The position numbers were made by a program, and so were the translations under genes. 42,829 nt of DNA, from the NCBI GenBank assembly GCA_044226625.1, contig JBGAGQ010000059.1, positions 1 through 42,829 on the forward strand. The letters run 5' to 3'. Numbering within the stretch: position 1 is the stretch's first letter; the number at the start of each line of letters is the position of its first letter. The notes beneath the pieces are model-generated. The model searched no databases, had not been told where the DNA came from, and worked only from the letters and a program-made list of their open reading frames with translations. Shown in pieces: positions 7,497 to 16,728 of the stretch. The stretch comes from Thermoanaerobaculia bacterium (GTDB lineage Bacteria > Acidobacteriota > Thermoanaerobaculia > Multivoradales > UBA5704).

Positions 7497-8333
7497 ATGA
7501 AGGTCCAACGGATCGAGCAGATCGTCCCGAAGATCGCTGTCACCCTTCTCTCGGTGTCTCTATTTTCGACCGTGGCCGCGGAGGCGCAGATCTCGCGCAC
7601 CGTGCCCGCGCCGCGGATCATGCGAGAGGACCTGCCGAGCGGCGAGAAGAGCGACGCCGCCCGGGAGTGGGCCCTGCGGCTCAAGAAGGACGACGAACGG
7701 CTGCGGGCGGGGGAGTGGGACAAGCCGCGGCGCGACCTCGACCGGATGATTCCCGAGATGCTCGCCGGGATCGAGATCGACGCCTCGACGGCGTCGACGC
7801 TCGGCCTCGCGTTGACCTTTCGCGCACTCGCCGGGGCGGGTGGCGGGGACGCCGTCGCGGGGCGCTGGGATTGGCTCGCCGCGCAGGCGCTCCAGCCCGA
7901 CCTGAACGAGGTGAGCCTCGATCCGTATGGGGCGGCGAAGAAACCGCTCGAGCCGTTCCGGCGCGGCGCCGACGGCTCGGTTTCGGCCCACGCGTTGCGC
8001 GAGATCGGCGTTCCCCCCGGGGATCCTCTCCCGGAGCAGACGCCGCCGCGGAAGATCGCGGGCGAGGAGGCGCGGTATCCCAGGTCGCTCAAGCCCACCT
8101 GCGCGAAAGGGACGGCGCGGATCGTGGTCGCCGTCGACGCCTCCGGCCGGCCGGCCTACCCGCGTTGGCTCGACGCCACCGGCGATCCGCTGATGGCGCT
8201 CGCGCTGTTCGAATCGGTGCGCTCCTGGAAATTCGAGCCCGCCCGCCGCGCGGGGATCGCCGTGCCGGCGGACCTGGTCATCGAGCGGACGTTCGATCCC
8301 GGGAAGTGCCGTCCGCGCGCCGAGAAGCCCTGA
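7497..8333 (+). CDS. Second secreted TonB-C protein, paralogue of 6010-6744
   Basis: Signal peptide ending AAEA-Q; shared N-terminal domain; ARYPRSL...GTARIVVAVDASGR...SVRSWKFEPARRAGIAV; GAGGAG SD. Confidence 0.8.
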   Translation: MKVQRIEQIVPKIAVTLLSVSLFSTVAAEAQISRTVPAPRIMREDLPSGEKSDAAREWALRLKKDDERLRAGEWDKPRRDLDRMIPEMLAGIEIDASTASTLGLALTFRALAGAGGGDAVAGRWDWLAAQALQPDLNEVSLDPYGAAKKPLEPFRRGADGSVSAHALREIGVPPGDPLPEQTPPRKIAGEEARYPRSLKPTCAKGTARIVVAVDASGRPAYPRWLDATGDPLMALALFESVRSWKFEPARRAGIAVPADLVIERTFDPGKCRPRAEKP

Positions 8334-8350
8334 GCCGGGGCGCCCGGCTT
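8333..8350. terminator. Hairpin AGCCGGG-GCG-CCCGGCT between convergent genes
   Basis: 7-bp stem directly after the stop at 8333. Confidence 0.4.
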
Positions 8351-8367
8351 CCTTCCCTGCCGCGGAT

Positions 8368-9405
8368 TCAAATCCGGCGCGCGAGGATCAGGGCGAACAG
8401 GTCCTCCGCGTCGGTGTACCACCCCTCCGGTTGGAATCCCGCGCCCGCGAGCAGCCGCTCGGCGCGCTCGCGGTCGTACTTGGTGCTGATCTCGGTGAGG
8501 ATCTCGGCGCCGGGCGCGAACTCGAGCTCGAGGTCGAGCGCGCGGAGCGTCACCTTCTGGCGCCGCGACGAAACCAGCCGCATTTCGATCCGCGACCGCA
8601 CCGGGTCGAAGAACGCGCGGTGGCGGAAGCCGGCGGGATCGAAATCGCCGTCGGCGATGCGGTTCGTGGCCTCGAGGATGTTGAGGTTGAAGGCGGCGGT
8701 GACGCCCGCCGCGTCGTCGTAGGCGGCCTCGAGACGGGCGATCGGTTTGACCCGGTCGACCCCGAGCAGGAACGCGTCGCCCGGGTCGAGCGCGGCGTGG
8801 AGATCGGCGACGAACCGCGCCGCCTCGTCGGGGTCGAGGTTGCCGATCGTGCTGCCGAGGAAGATCGCGAGGCGCGTGCCGGGAGCCTTCCGACCGGGCG
8901 CCGTCCCGTCCTCATCGGCGCGGGGGAGCGGCGCCAGATCGGTGAGGAAGTTGCCGAGGATGCCGTGGACGCCGAGCCCCGGGTACTCCGCGGTCAGCTC
9001 GTCGCCGATCCGCCGGGTGGTCGCCTCCGCGACGTCGAACGGCACGTAGAGCCGGAGCGTCCCCTGGTCGCGCAGCGCGTCGAGCAACAGGCGGGTCTTG
9101 GTCGCGGCGCCCGAGCCGATCTCGACGAGCGTCGCGGCGCGCGTCGCCCGCGCGATCTCGGGGGCGACCTCCGTGAGCAGGGCGCGCTCGGTGCGGGTCG
9201 GGTAGTACTCCGGCAGCTCGCAGATCCGCTCGAACAGAGCCGAGCCGACGTCGTCGTAGAACAGCCGAGAGGGGATGCGCGGCAGCGGCTCGCGGAGAGA
9301 GCGCGACAGCTCCTCGAGGTCGTTCTCCTCGCCGCTCGTCGAACGGACCTCGATCGTCACGGTCGGGCGGGCGAGGTCGGTGGCGGAGGGAACCGGAACG
9401 CTCAT
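8368..9405 (-). CDS. egtD: L-histidine N-alpha-methyltransferase (EgtD, Methyltransf_33)
   Basis: FYDDVGSALFERICELPEYYPTRTE, EIGSG, FLGSTIGNL, AYDDAAGVTAAFNLN, RIEMRL, TEISTKY. Start placed at ATG 9405. Confidence 0.93.
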   Translation of the reverse strand: MSVPVPSATDLARPTVTIEVRSTSGEENDLEELSRSLREPLPRIPSRLFYDDVGSALFERICELPEYYPTRTERALLTEVAPEIARATRAATLVEIGSGAATKTRLLLDALRDQGTLRLYVPFDVAEATTRRIGDELTAEYPGLGVHGILGNFLTDLAPLPRADEDGTAPGRKAPGTRLAIFLGSTIGNLDPDEAARFVADLHAALDPGDAFLLGVDRVKPIARLEAAYDDAAGVTAAFNLNILEATNRIADGDFDPAGFRHRAFFDPVRSRIEMRLVSSRRQKVTLRALDLELEFAPGAEILTEISTKYDRERAERLLAGAGFQPEGWYTDAEDLFALILARRI

Positions 9406-9412
9406 CGATCGG

Positions 9413-9418
9413 AGTGTA
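9413..9418 (-). promoter_or_regulatory. -10 element TACACT for leaderless egtD transcript
   Basis: TACACT followed by 7 nt then ATG 9405; no SD. Confidence 0.55.
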
Positions 9419-9574
9419 TCGCTCTCTTCTAAGAGATGCCGCGCGCGACCGTCTTCTGGCGTAGACGGTCGGCCTCGGCCCATCGTCTACCGGCGAGGAC
9501 GCGTCCCGGGGACGGCGTCCGGGTGTCGCCGGGAAATCCCGCGTTTGTCGCGGTTTACGTCCTGCCGTGAGGGT

Positions 9575-9590
9575 TGGCACGGAAGTTGGT
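9575..9590 (+). promoter_or_regulatory. Putative sigma-54 (-24/-12) promoter
   Basis: TGGCAC-GGAAG-TTGGT versus consensus TGGCAC-N5-TTGCW, one mismatch at the -12 C. Well placed before SD AAGGAGG (9606-9612). Confidence 0.45.
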
Positions 9591-9621
9591 TTATAGGCCG
9601 GGCGGAAGGAGGTTCGAAACG

Positions 9622-10311
9622 ATGAACCGCACGCAGGAATCGAAGCAATCGAAGCTCTGGAAGGTCGGCGCCCTCTCCCTGGCGCTCTTTGCTCTCCCGA
9701 TGTTCTCGGCCCCGGCCAGTGCCGACGGCTTCTCGATCGGAGCGATCTTCCGGATCGGGGGTGTCCACTTCAACTTGGCTTTCGGCGACTTCGGCTACGG
9801 CCACCCCCGGGGGTATTACTACCGTACCCTCGACCCGATCTCGTACGGCGGGTACCGGTGCAGCGACTCCTGTTTCAACTCGGGTGGCTATCACTATCAC
9901 CACGAGAGCTGCCCGCTGGTTCAGCGCCATCTGTCAGCGTACGGCATCGACCCGTACGTCCTGTTCGACAGCTACGCGCCGTACAACGACGGGTACGCCT
10001 ACTACGGCTACGGCAATCGGTACGACCGGTACAACCGGTACGACAACTACAACCGCTACGACCGGTACCCCCGGCACGATCGGTATGACGGCCGGTACGA
10101 CCGCCACGACCGCTACGACGGGCGCGACCGCCACGACCGTTACGACCGCCGCGACCGGCACGACCGCTACGACGGCCGACGGGATCGCCACGGCCGCTAC
10201 GACAACTACCCGTACCGCGACCGCCGTCAGGGTCACTCGGGCGGGTCTCACGATGGGCATCACGACGGGCACCACCGGGGACAGTCCTCGGAACGCCCGC
10301 AGCAGCACTAG
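9622..10311 (+). CDS. Secreted protein with Cys/His motif and R-(Y/H)-D low-complexity repeat tail
   Basis: AAGGAGG SD, signal peptide ending PASA-D, CSDSC...YHYHHESCP, then RYDRHD repeats and a His-rich end. Confidence 0.8.
   Translation: MNRTQESKQSKLWKVGALSLALFALPMFSAPASADGFSIGAIFRIGGVHFNLAFGDFGYGHPRGYYYRTLDPISYGGYRCSDSCFNSGGYHYHHESCPLVQRHLSAYGIDPYVLFDSYAPYNDGYAYYGYGNRYDRYNRYDNYNRYDRYPRHDRYDGRYDRHDRYDGRDRHDRYDRRDRHDRYDGRRDRHGRYDNYPYRDRRQGHSGGSHDGHHDGHHRGQSSERPQQH
10018..10215 (+). repeat. Degenerate 9-bp coding repeat (CGNYACGAC-like) encoding RYD/RHD triplets
   Basis: cggtacgac cggtacaac cggtacgac ... cgccacgac cgctacgac. Confidence 0.85.
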
Positions 10312-10351
10312 CAGCCTCCGCTACACCAACCCCCTTCTCTCCTCCCTCCTG

Positions 10352-10390
10352 CCGGGGCGGGACCCTCCACCCGCCCCGGTCCCTCCTTTT
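10352..10390 (+). terminator. Rho-independent terminator-like hairpin
   Basis: 10-bp stem CCGGGGCGGG/CCCGCCCCGG followed by a pyrimidine tract ending TTTT. Confidence 0.6.
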
Positions 10391-10398
10391 GGTATGAT
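10390..10398 (+). promoter_or_regulatory. Extended -10 TGnTATGAT, leaderless pcnB
   Basis: TGGTATGAT, 6 nt, then GTG 10405; no SD. Confidence 0.6.
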
Positions 10399-10404
10399 CC
10401 CGGC

Positions 10405-11730
10405 GTGAGCGTCGTCACCGAGGTGCAACCGCGGATCCTTTCGCGGTCGGAGCACCCGATCTCCCGGAAACAGATCAGCGGTCAGGCTTTAAAGGTTCTC
10501 TACCGGCTGCATGGCGCGGGGTACCTCGCCCACCTGGTCGGGGGGAGCGTGCGCGATCTGATGCTGGGGCGGCGCCCGAAGGACTTCGACATCGGGACCA
10601 ACGCGCGGCCGAACGAGATCCGCAGGCTGTTCTCGAACTCCCGCATCATCGGCCGCCGGTTCCGGCTCGTCCACGTCTTCTTCCAGGACGGCGAGATCGT
10701 CGAGGTCTCGACCTTCCGCCGGGATCCCCGGCCGGAGGATCAGGAGAGCGCCCCGGGCGAGCTGCTGATCACCAGCGACAACACCTACGGCACGCCGCGC
10801 GAGGACGCGTTCCGGCGCGACTTCACGGTCAACGCCCTGTTCTACGACATCGCCGACTTCTCGGTGATCGACCACGTCGGGGGCATCGAAGACCTCGAGC
10901 GCCAGCTGATCCGGACGATCGGCGAACCGGCGGTCCGCTTCCAGGAGGATCCGGTCCGGATGCTGCGCGCCTGCGAGTTCGCGGGGCGCCTCGGCTTCGG
11001 GATCGAAAAGGGGACGCAGGAGGCGATCCATCGCCACGCGAAGGTCCTCTCCAAGGCGTCGCCCGCGCGCATGACCGAGGAGATCATCCAGCTGTTCCGG
11101 TGCGGACGCTCGGGGGCCGCGACCCAATGGCTGCTGGACCTGGGGCTCCTCGAGGTCATCCTCCCCGAGGCCTACGCGATGGTCGCGGCGGGGGAGCGGG
11201 GGCTCGGCGAGTTCGGCCAGATCCTCCCCTCGATCGACCGCATGGTCGCCTCCGGCCGGACGCTGTCCGACGCCGGGGCGCTCGCCGCGATCCTCCTGCC
11301 GCAGGTGATGCTGCGGCGGCACGACATCGAGGCGCTCAACCAGCGGCCGATGGGGCGGGCGGCGCTGGACAAGATGACGGAGGAGGCGGTGGCGCCGTTC
11401 TTCGCCCGGTTCACGCTGTCCAACTTGAAATCGCAGCAGGTCCTCTCGGCGCTCCATCTGTTCCAGCGCCTGATCGACTCGGGCTGGAACGCGGGCGAGC
11501 GCCTGCGCATCGCCCGCCGCGCGGGTTTCGAGGACGCCCTCCTCCTGTTCGAAATCCTCGTCGCGGCGACCGGCGAGGGGACGGAGAAGCTCGAGATCTG
11601 GCGCGCCGCCGGGGCCCGCGCGCGCTCCGGCGAGCTGCCGCCTCCCGAAGAGGTCGTGCCGGTGCCGAAGCGCCCCCGCCGACGGCGCCGCCGCACCGGC
11701 CGGCCGGCCGGCGCGCAGCTTGTGAAATGA
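10405..11730 (+). CDS. pcnB: Poly(A) polymerase I
   Basis: LVGGSVRD, KDFDI, PAP-specific signature IIGRRFRLVHV, RRDFTVNAL, EDPVRMLRA, Arg-rich C-terminal tail. Confidence 0.92.
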   Translation: MSVVTEVQPRILSRSEHPISRKQISGQALKVLYRLHGAGYLAHLVGGSVRDLMLGRRPKDFDIGTNARPNEIRRLFSNSRIIGRRFRLVHVFFQDGEIVEVSTFRRDPRPEDQESAPGELLITSDNTYGTPREDAFRRDFTVNALFYDIADFSVIDHVGGIEDLERQLIRTIGEPAVRFQEDPVRMLRACEFAGRLGFGIEKGTQEAIHRHAKVLSKASPARMTEEIIQLFRCGRSGAATQWLLDLGLLEVILPEAYAMVAAGERGLGEFGQILPSIDRMVASGRTLSDAGALAAILLPQVMLRRHDIEALNQRPMGRAALDKMTEEAVAPFFARFTLSNLKSQQVLSALHLFQRLIDSGWNAGERLRIARRAGFEDALLLFEILVAATGEGTEKLEIWRAAGARARSGELPPPEEVVPVPKRPRRRRRRTGRPAGAQLVK

Positions 11731-11754
11731 GGCACAACCCCCCGACGGTTCTCA

Positions 11755-11760
11755 TACAAT
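11755..11760 (+). promoter_or_regulatory. Putative -10 TACAAT of sdh operon
   Basis: Near-consensus hexamer in a GC-rich intergenic region 63 nt before sdhC. Confidence 0.45.
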
Positions 11761-11823
11761 AGGGCGACTCCGAACCCGATCTTCCGGCCGTGGTGCCGGA
11801 GACCGCCCGAACGAGGATCCAGC

Positions 11824-12516
11824 ATGTCCTGGTTTTCCGATTTTTTCCGCTCGACCTTGGGCAAGAAAGCGGTGATGGCCGTCTCGGGCCTCGTGCTCTT
11901 CGGCTTCGTGCTCGTCCACATGGTCGGCAATCTCAAGCTCTACCTGCCCGCGCACGACGACGGAACGATCCCGATCAACGTCTACGGCGCGTTCCTCCGC
12001 CACGTCGGCGAGCCGCTCGCCCCCGCGCATTCGGTGCTCTGGATCGCCCGGCTGGTGCTGCTCGCCGCGGTCGGCCTCCACATCTGGGCCGCCTGGGCGG
12101 TGACCCAGGCGAGCCGCGCGGCGCGGCCGGTCCCGTACCAGCGCAGCGAGGTGGTCCAGGCCTCCTACGCCTCGCGCACGATGCGCTGGGGCGGCGTCAT
12201 CATCGTGCTCTTCGTCCTCTACCACCTGGCGCACCTGACGTTCGGCTGGGTCCACCCCTCGTTCGTCGAAGGGGACGTCCGGCACAACCTGATCGAAGGC
12301 TTCAAGGTCTGGTGGGTCTCGGCGTTCTACCTGGTGGCGCAGATCGCGCTCGGCTTTCACCTCTACCATGGGCTTTGGAGCCTGTTCCAGTCGCTCGGCT
12401 GGAACCATCCGCGCTACAACGCCTGGCGCCGCGGGTTCGCGATGCTGTTCGCCTGGGTGGTCACCCTCGGCAACGTCTCGTTCCCGCTGGCCGTCCTGTC
12501 CGGGCTGGTCGCTTAG
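11824..12516 (+). CDS. sdhC: Succinate dehydrogenase/fumarate reductase cytochrome b subunit (single large anchor)
   Basis: STLGKKAVMAVSG, HMVGNL, ASRTM, YHLAH, FHLYHGLWSLFQSLG; about five TM segments. Confidence 0.93.
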   Translation: MSWFSDFFRSTLGKKAVMAVSGLVLFGFVLVHMVGNLKLYLPAHDDGTIPINVYGAFLRHVGEPLAPAHSVLWIARLVLLAAVGLHIWAAWAVTQASRAARPVPYQRSEVVQASYASRTMRWGGVIIVLFVLYHLAHLTFGWVHPSFVEGDVRHNLIEGFKVWWVSAFYLVAQIALGFHLYHGLWSLFQSLGWNHPRYNAWRRGFAMLFAWVVTLGNVSFPLAVLSGLVA

Positions 12517-12528
12517 GAGCCGGCCGTC

Positions 12529-14469
12529 ATGATGACCACGACCCAAGTTCCTCAGACCCTGCCCGACGCGAAGATCCCCGCCGGCCCGCTGGACCGGAAG
12601 TGGAGCGAGCACAAGAGCCATCTCAAGCTGGTCAACCCGAACAACAAGCGGAAGTTCGAGGTGCTCGTGGTCGGCTCCGGCCTCGCCGGCGCATCGGCCG
12701 CGGCGAGCCTCGCCGAGCTCGGCTACGAGGTGAAGTGCTTCTGCTTCCAGGACACCCCCCGGCGCGCGCACTCGATCGCCGCCCAGGGGGGCATCAACGC
12801 CGCGAAGAACTACCGCAACGACGGCGACTCGGTCTTCCGGCTGTTCTACGACACGATCAAGGGGGGCGACTTCCGCGCCCGTGAGGGGAACGTCCATCGC
12901 CTCGCCGAGCTGTCCCGGAACATCATCGACCAGTGCGTAGCCCAGGGCGTGCCGTTCGCGCGCGAGTACAGCGGCCTGCTCGACAACCGGAGCTTCGGGG
13001 GCGCCCAGGTGGCGCGCACCTTCTACGCGCGCGGCCAGACCGGCCAGCAGCTGCTGCTCGGCGCCTACCAGGCGCTCGAGCGCCAGATCGCGGCGAAGAA
13101 GGTCCGCATGTACCCGCGCACCGAGATGCTCGACCTGGTGGTCGAGGACGGGCGCGCCAAAGGGATCGTCACCCGCGACCTGATCACCGGCCGGATCGAC
13201 GTCCACGCCGGCCACGCGGTGGTGCTCGCGACCGGCGGCTACTCGAACGTCTTCTACCTCTCGACGAACGCCAAGGGCTCGAACGCCACGGCGATCTGGC
13301 GCGCCCACAAGCGCGGCGCGCTGCTCGCGAACCCGTGCTTCACGCAGATCCACCCGACCTGCATCCCGGCCTCGGGCGACTACCAGTCGAAGCTCACGCT
13401 GATGAGCGAATCGCTGCGCAACGACGGGCGCATCTGGGTGCCGAAGGATCCGGGCGACTCCCGCTCTCCCGACCGCATTCCGGAAGGCGAGCGCGACTAT
13501 TACCTCGAGCGGAAGTACCCGAGCTTCGGCAACCTCGTGCCGCGCGACGTCGCGGCGAGGAACGCCAAGTCGATGATCGACGAGGGGCGCGGCGTGGGTC
13601 CGCAGAAGAACGGGGTCTACCTCGACTTCTCCGACGCGATCCGCCGGGTCGGGGAGAGCGCGATCGAGGAGCGCTACGGCAACCTGTTCGAGATGTACGA
13701 CAAGATCACGGGCGAGAACCCCTACAAGGTGCCGATGCGGATCTACCCCGCGCCGCACTACACGATGGGCGGCCTGTGGGTCGACTACGACCTGATGAGC
13801 AACGTGCCCGGGCTGTTCGTGCTCGGCGAGGCGAACTTCTCCGACCACGGGGCGAACCGGCTCGGCGCCTCGGCGCTGATGCAGGGGCTCGCGGACGGCT
13901 ACTTCGTCATCCCGTACACGATCGGCGACTACCTCTCGAGCTTCCTCAACCAGCCGATCTCCACCGAGACCGACGGCTTCCGCGAGGCGCGGGGCGCGGT
14001 CGAAGGGCAGATCTCGCGGTTCCTCGCGAGCCAGGGCAAGCGGACGGCGGACTCCTACCATCGCGAGCTGGGCAAGCTGGTCTGGGATCGCTGCGGCATC
14101 CAACGCACGGCGGCCGGGCTCGAGGAGGCGCGGACGAAGATCCAGGCGCTGCGCGACGAGTTCGACAACAACCTGCGGATTCCCGGCGGCGCCGCCGAGG
14201 TCAACCAGGAGCTCGAGCGCGCCGGTCGGGTCGCCGACTTCTTCGAGCTCGCCGACCTGATGTGCCGCGACGCGCGCGAGCGCAACGAGTCGTGCGGCGG
14301 CCACTTCCGCGAGGAGTACCAGACGCCGGACGGCGAGGCGTTGCGCGACGACGAGAACTACACCTACGTCGCCGCTTGGCAGTGGAACGGCCGGGGGCGC
14401 GAGGCGACCCTGCACAAGGAGCAGCTGGTCTTCGAAACCGTCAGCCCGAGCCAGAGGAGCTACAAATAA
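12529..14469 (+). CDS. sdhA: Succinate dehydrogenase flavoprotein subunit
   Basis: [23 protein letters not shown] (FAD-His), [26 protein letters not shown]. Start could be ATG 12529 or 12532. Confidence 0.97.
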   Translation: MMTTTQVPQTLPDAKIPAGPLDRKWSEHKSHLKLVNPNNKRKFEVLVVGSGLAGASAAASLAELGYEVKCFCFQDTPRRAHSIAAQGGINAAKNYRNDGDSVFRLFYDTIKGGDFRAREGNVHRLAELSRNIIDQCVAQGVPFAREYSGLLDNRSFGGAQVARTFYARGQTGQQLLLGAYQALERQIAAKKVRMYPRTEMLDLVVEDGRAKGIVTRDLITGRIDVHAGHAVVLATGGYSNVFYLSTNAKGSNATAIWRAHKRGALLANPCFTQIHPTCIPASGDYQSKLTLMSESLRNDGRIWVPKDPGDSRSPDRIPEGERDYYLERKYPSFGNLVPRDVAARNAKSMIDEGRGVGPQKNGVYLDFSDAIRRVGESAIEERYGNLFEMYDKITGENPYKVPMRIYPAPHYTMGGLWVDYDLMSNVPGLFVLGEANFSDHGANRLGASALMQGLADGYFVIPYTIGDYLSSFLNQPISTETDGFREARGAVEGQISRFLASQGKRTADSYHRELGKLVWDRCGIQRTAAGLEEARTKIQALRDEFDNNLRIPGGAAEVNQELERAGRVADFFELADLMCRDARERNESCGGHFREEYQTPDGEALRDDENYTYVAAWQWNGRGREATLHKEQLVFETVSPSQRSYK

Positions 14470-15251
14470 TGGATCTGACGCTACACGTTTGGCGCCAGGC
14501 GGGCCCCGATCAGCCGGGGCGGATGGTTCGCTACGAGGCCAAGGGGATCAACGAGCACAGCTCGTTCCTCGAGATGCTCGACGTGGTGAACGAGCGGCTG
14601 ATCGGCGAGGGGCAGGAGCCGATCGCCTTCGACCACGATTGCCGCGAAGGGATCTGCGGCTCCTGCGGCTTCATGATCAACGGCCACGCCCACGGACCGA
14701 TGCCGCACACGACCGTCTGCCAGCTCCACATGCGCCATTTCAAGAGCGGCGACGTGTTGTATCTCGAGCCCTGGCGCTCGCGCGCCTTCCCGGTGGTCAA
14801 GGACCTGATGGTCGACCGCAGCGCGTTCGACCGGATCGTCCAGGGGGGCGGGTTCATCTCGGTCCCGACCGGCAGCGCGCCGGAGGCGAACCTGACGCCG
14901 GTGCCGAAGCAGGAGGCCGACCGCGCGTTCGACGCCGCGACCTGCATCGGCTGCGGCGCCTGCGTCGCGCAGTGCCCGAACGGCGCCGCGCAGCTGTTCA
15001 CCTCGGCGAAGGTGTCGCACCTCGGCCTGCTGCCGCAGGGGCAGCCGGAGCGCGACCGTCGCGCCCTCGGCATGGTCGAGGCGATGGAGGCGCAAGGGTT
15101 CGGCGCCTGCTCGAACTTCGCGGAGTGCGAGGCGGTCTGTCCGAAGGGGATCTCGATCGACTTCATCGCCCGGCTGAACCGCGATTTCCTCGGCGCGAAG
15201 ATCGGCGGCGCTTCGCTGGTCGAGGCGAAGGTGAAGGGCGGCGCGGGATGA
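14469..15251 (+). CDS. sdhB: Succinate dehydrogenase iron-sulfur subunit
   Basis: TAATG overlap with sdhA; [33 protein letters not shown]. Confidence 0.97.
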   Translation: MDLTLHVWRQAGPDQPGRMVRYEAKGINEHSSFLEMLDVVNERLIGEGQEPIAFDHDCREGICGSCGFMINGHAHGPMPHTTVCQLHMRHFKSGDVLYLEPWRSRAFPVVKDLMVDRSAFDRIVQGGGFISVPTGSAPEANLTPVPKQEADRAFDAATCIGCGACVAQCPNGAAQLFTSAKVSHLGLLPQGQPERDRRALGMVEAMEAQGFGACSNFAECEAVCPKGISIDFIARLNRDFLGAKIGGASLVEAKVKGGAG

Positions 15252-15955
15252 AGTCGCCACGGGGCACGCGAGGGATCGCCCGATTCCTCGCCCGTGCCCT
15301 GTTCGTCGTCTACCTCACCGGCGCGGCCGGCGGAATCGGAGCGCGGGCCCAGGAAACGGCGCCGGCACCCTCCGCGCCGGCCCCTTCGCCCGCCGCCGAG
15401 CGCGCGCCGATCTTCGTCACGATGCCGGAGAGCGAAGCCTCGAAACGGCCGCCGGCGCCCCCCCAGTCGATGGCCGCGGCGATCGACCGCGAGATGCGGG
15501 CGCGCGACACGCCGCTCGCGATCTGGGTGCTCACCGGCGTCGTGGCGGTGGTCTTCGGCTTCGTCTTCCTCCTCGTGCTGCGCCGTCGCTCGAAGGTCTG
15601 CCCCCGCTGCTTCTCGCTCCTCTACGAGCTGGGCGACCGGGACGACGCGGGGGAGGACCTGCCGGACGACGAGCCGCGGGACACGCGGCCTTTGCTCGCC
15701 TGCCTCGGCTGCGGCGAGATCGGCATGTTGCGCGCGGGGCTGTTCTTCCGGAGCGGCGGCCAGTGCCCGAAGTGCGGCCGGTGGAGTTTGAGCAGCCGAT
15801 TCAAGGTCGTCCAGCCCTCGACCTACATGATGTACGGGCTGATCCGGATCGAAGAGGCCTGCGCCTGCGGCCACGAGGCGCGCTTCCTCCGCTCGACGCC
15901 GCCGAACCAGGCGCCGCTGCCCGAGTTCGAAGGGCGCTCGCCGTTCCGCTCGTGA
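15248..15955 (+). CDS. Membrane protein with four Cys pairs (zinc-ribbon tail typical of TPM proteins)
   Basis: ATGA overlap with sdhB; signal peptide, Pro/Ala linker, TM, then CPRC, CLGC, CPKC, CACG. Confidence 0.75.
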   Translation: MKSPRGTRGIARFLARALFVVYLTGAAGGIGARAQETAPAPSAPAPSPAAERAPIFVTMPESEASKRPPAPPQSMAAAIDREMRARDTPLAIWVLTGVVAVVFGFVFLLVLRRRSKVCPRCFSLLYELGDRDDAGEDLPDDEPRDTRPLLACLGCGEIGMLRAGLFFRSGGQCPKCGRWSLSSRFKVVQPSTYMMYGLIRIEEACACGHEARFLRSTPPNQAPLPEFEGRSPFRS

Positions 15956-16728
15956 GCCCGCGGTCCGCCCTTCCGGCGCTCCCCGCGCTGTTCCTCGCCT
16001 GGCTCCTGAGTCCCGTAGCGGTCGTCTCGCCGCTCTCGGAGGCCCCCGCGGCCAACCCGGCGGCCCGGGCGCCGGTCCCCGCGGCGCCGTCCCTACTGCG
16101 TCCGCCGGATGGCCTGCTCGACACGACCGGCCGGGTGAGCCGCGAAGCGACGGCGGCGTTCCGCCGCGTCGCCGAGCACGTGCGGCGCGAGACCGGCGGG
16201 GAGATCGCCGCGGCGGTGGTCGATTCGCTCGACGGCAAGGAGCCGGGGGAGTACGCCCGGGAGCTCTCCGAGAGCTGGCGTCTCGGCGGCGACGAGGCGC
16301 GCGGCGCCCTGATCCTCGTGGCGCTCGGGGATCGCCAGATCCAGCTCACCCTCGGCCGCGGGCTCGACGACCCCGAGCGCCGCGAGCACGCCGCCGAGAT
16401 CGTCCGCGAAACCCTGGCCCCTCGACTGCGCCAGGGCGACGTCGGCGGAGCGATCGCCGCCGCCGCGCGGGAGTGCGCCACCCGGATCTTTTATGCCGTC
16501 GAGGTCGTCGACCCGGGGCTCGAAGCGAACGACGGCGGCCGGCCGGCCGAGGGCGAGGGAACGGAAGCGGGCGAGACGGGATCGGCTTCTCCGTCGCCTT
16601 CTCCGTCGGCGCGGCCGCCGGCGCACCTCACCTCGCGGCACTGGTCGTGGGCGCCGTACGCGATCGGCCTCGCGGTGCTGCTGCTCGGCCTCGCGCTGTA
16701 CGGTGCGTTCCGCTCGGAACGGCGCTGA
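15952..16728 (+). CDS. TPM-domain (TLP18.3/Psb32/MOLO-1, YgcG-like) membrane protein
   Basis: GTGA overlap; LLDTTGRVS...ETGGEIAAAVVDSL...WRLG...GALILVALGDRQIQLTLGRGL...LAPRLRQGD; C-terminal TM. Confidence 0.85.
   Translation: MSPRSALPALPALFLAWLLSPVAVVSPLSEAPAANPAARAPVPAAPSLLRPPDGLLDTTGRVSREATAAFRRVAEHVRRETGGEIAAAVVDSLDGKEPGEYARELSESWRLGGDEARGALILVALGDRQIQLTLGRGLDDPERREHAAEIVRETLAPRLRQGDVGGAIAAAARECATRIFYAVEVVDPGLEANDGGRPAEGEGTEAGETGSASPSPSPSARPPAHLTSRHWSWAPYAIGLAVLLLGLALYGAFRSERR

Noticed and set aside
10405-11730. CCA-adding enzyme
   Set aside because: Carries the poly(A)-polymerase-specific IIGRRFxLVHV signature.
11752-14415. 887-aa minus-strand ORF and similar long antisense ORFs (e.g. 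16473-19523, 26481-28568, 30337-32280, 39028-41037)
   Set aside because: Shadow ORFs opposite well-supported genes, expected at high GC; no recognisable motifs.
12933-14468. Long N-terminal extension of sdhB (772-aa ORF); likewise ORF-track starts at 25494, 29665, 36134 and 36928
   Set aside because: Stop-free alternative frames overlapping other genes; real starts are marked by coupled stop/start codons, SD sequences or domain boundaries.
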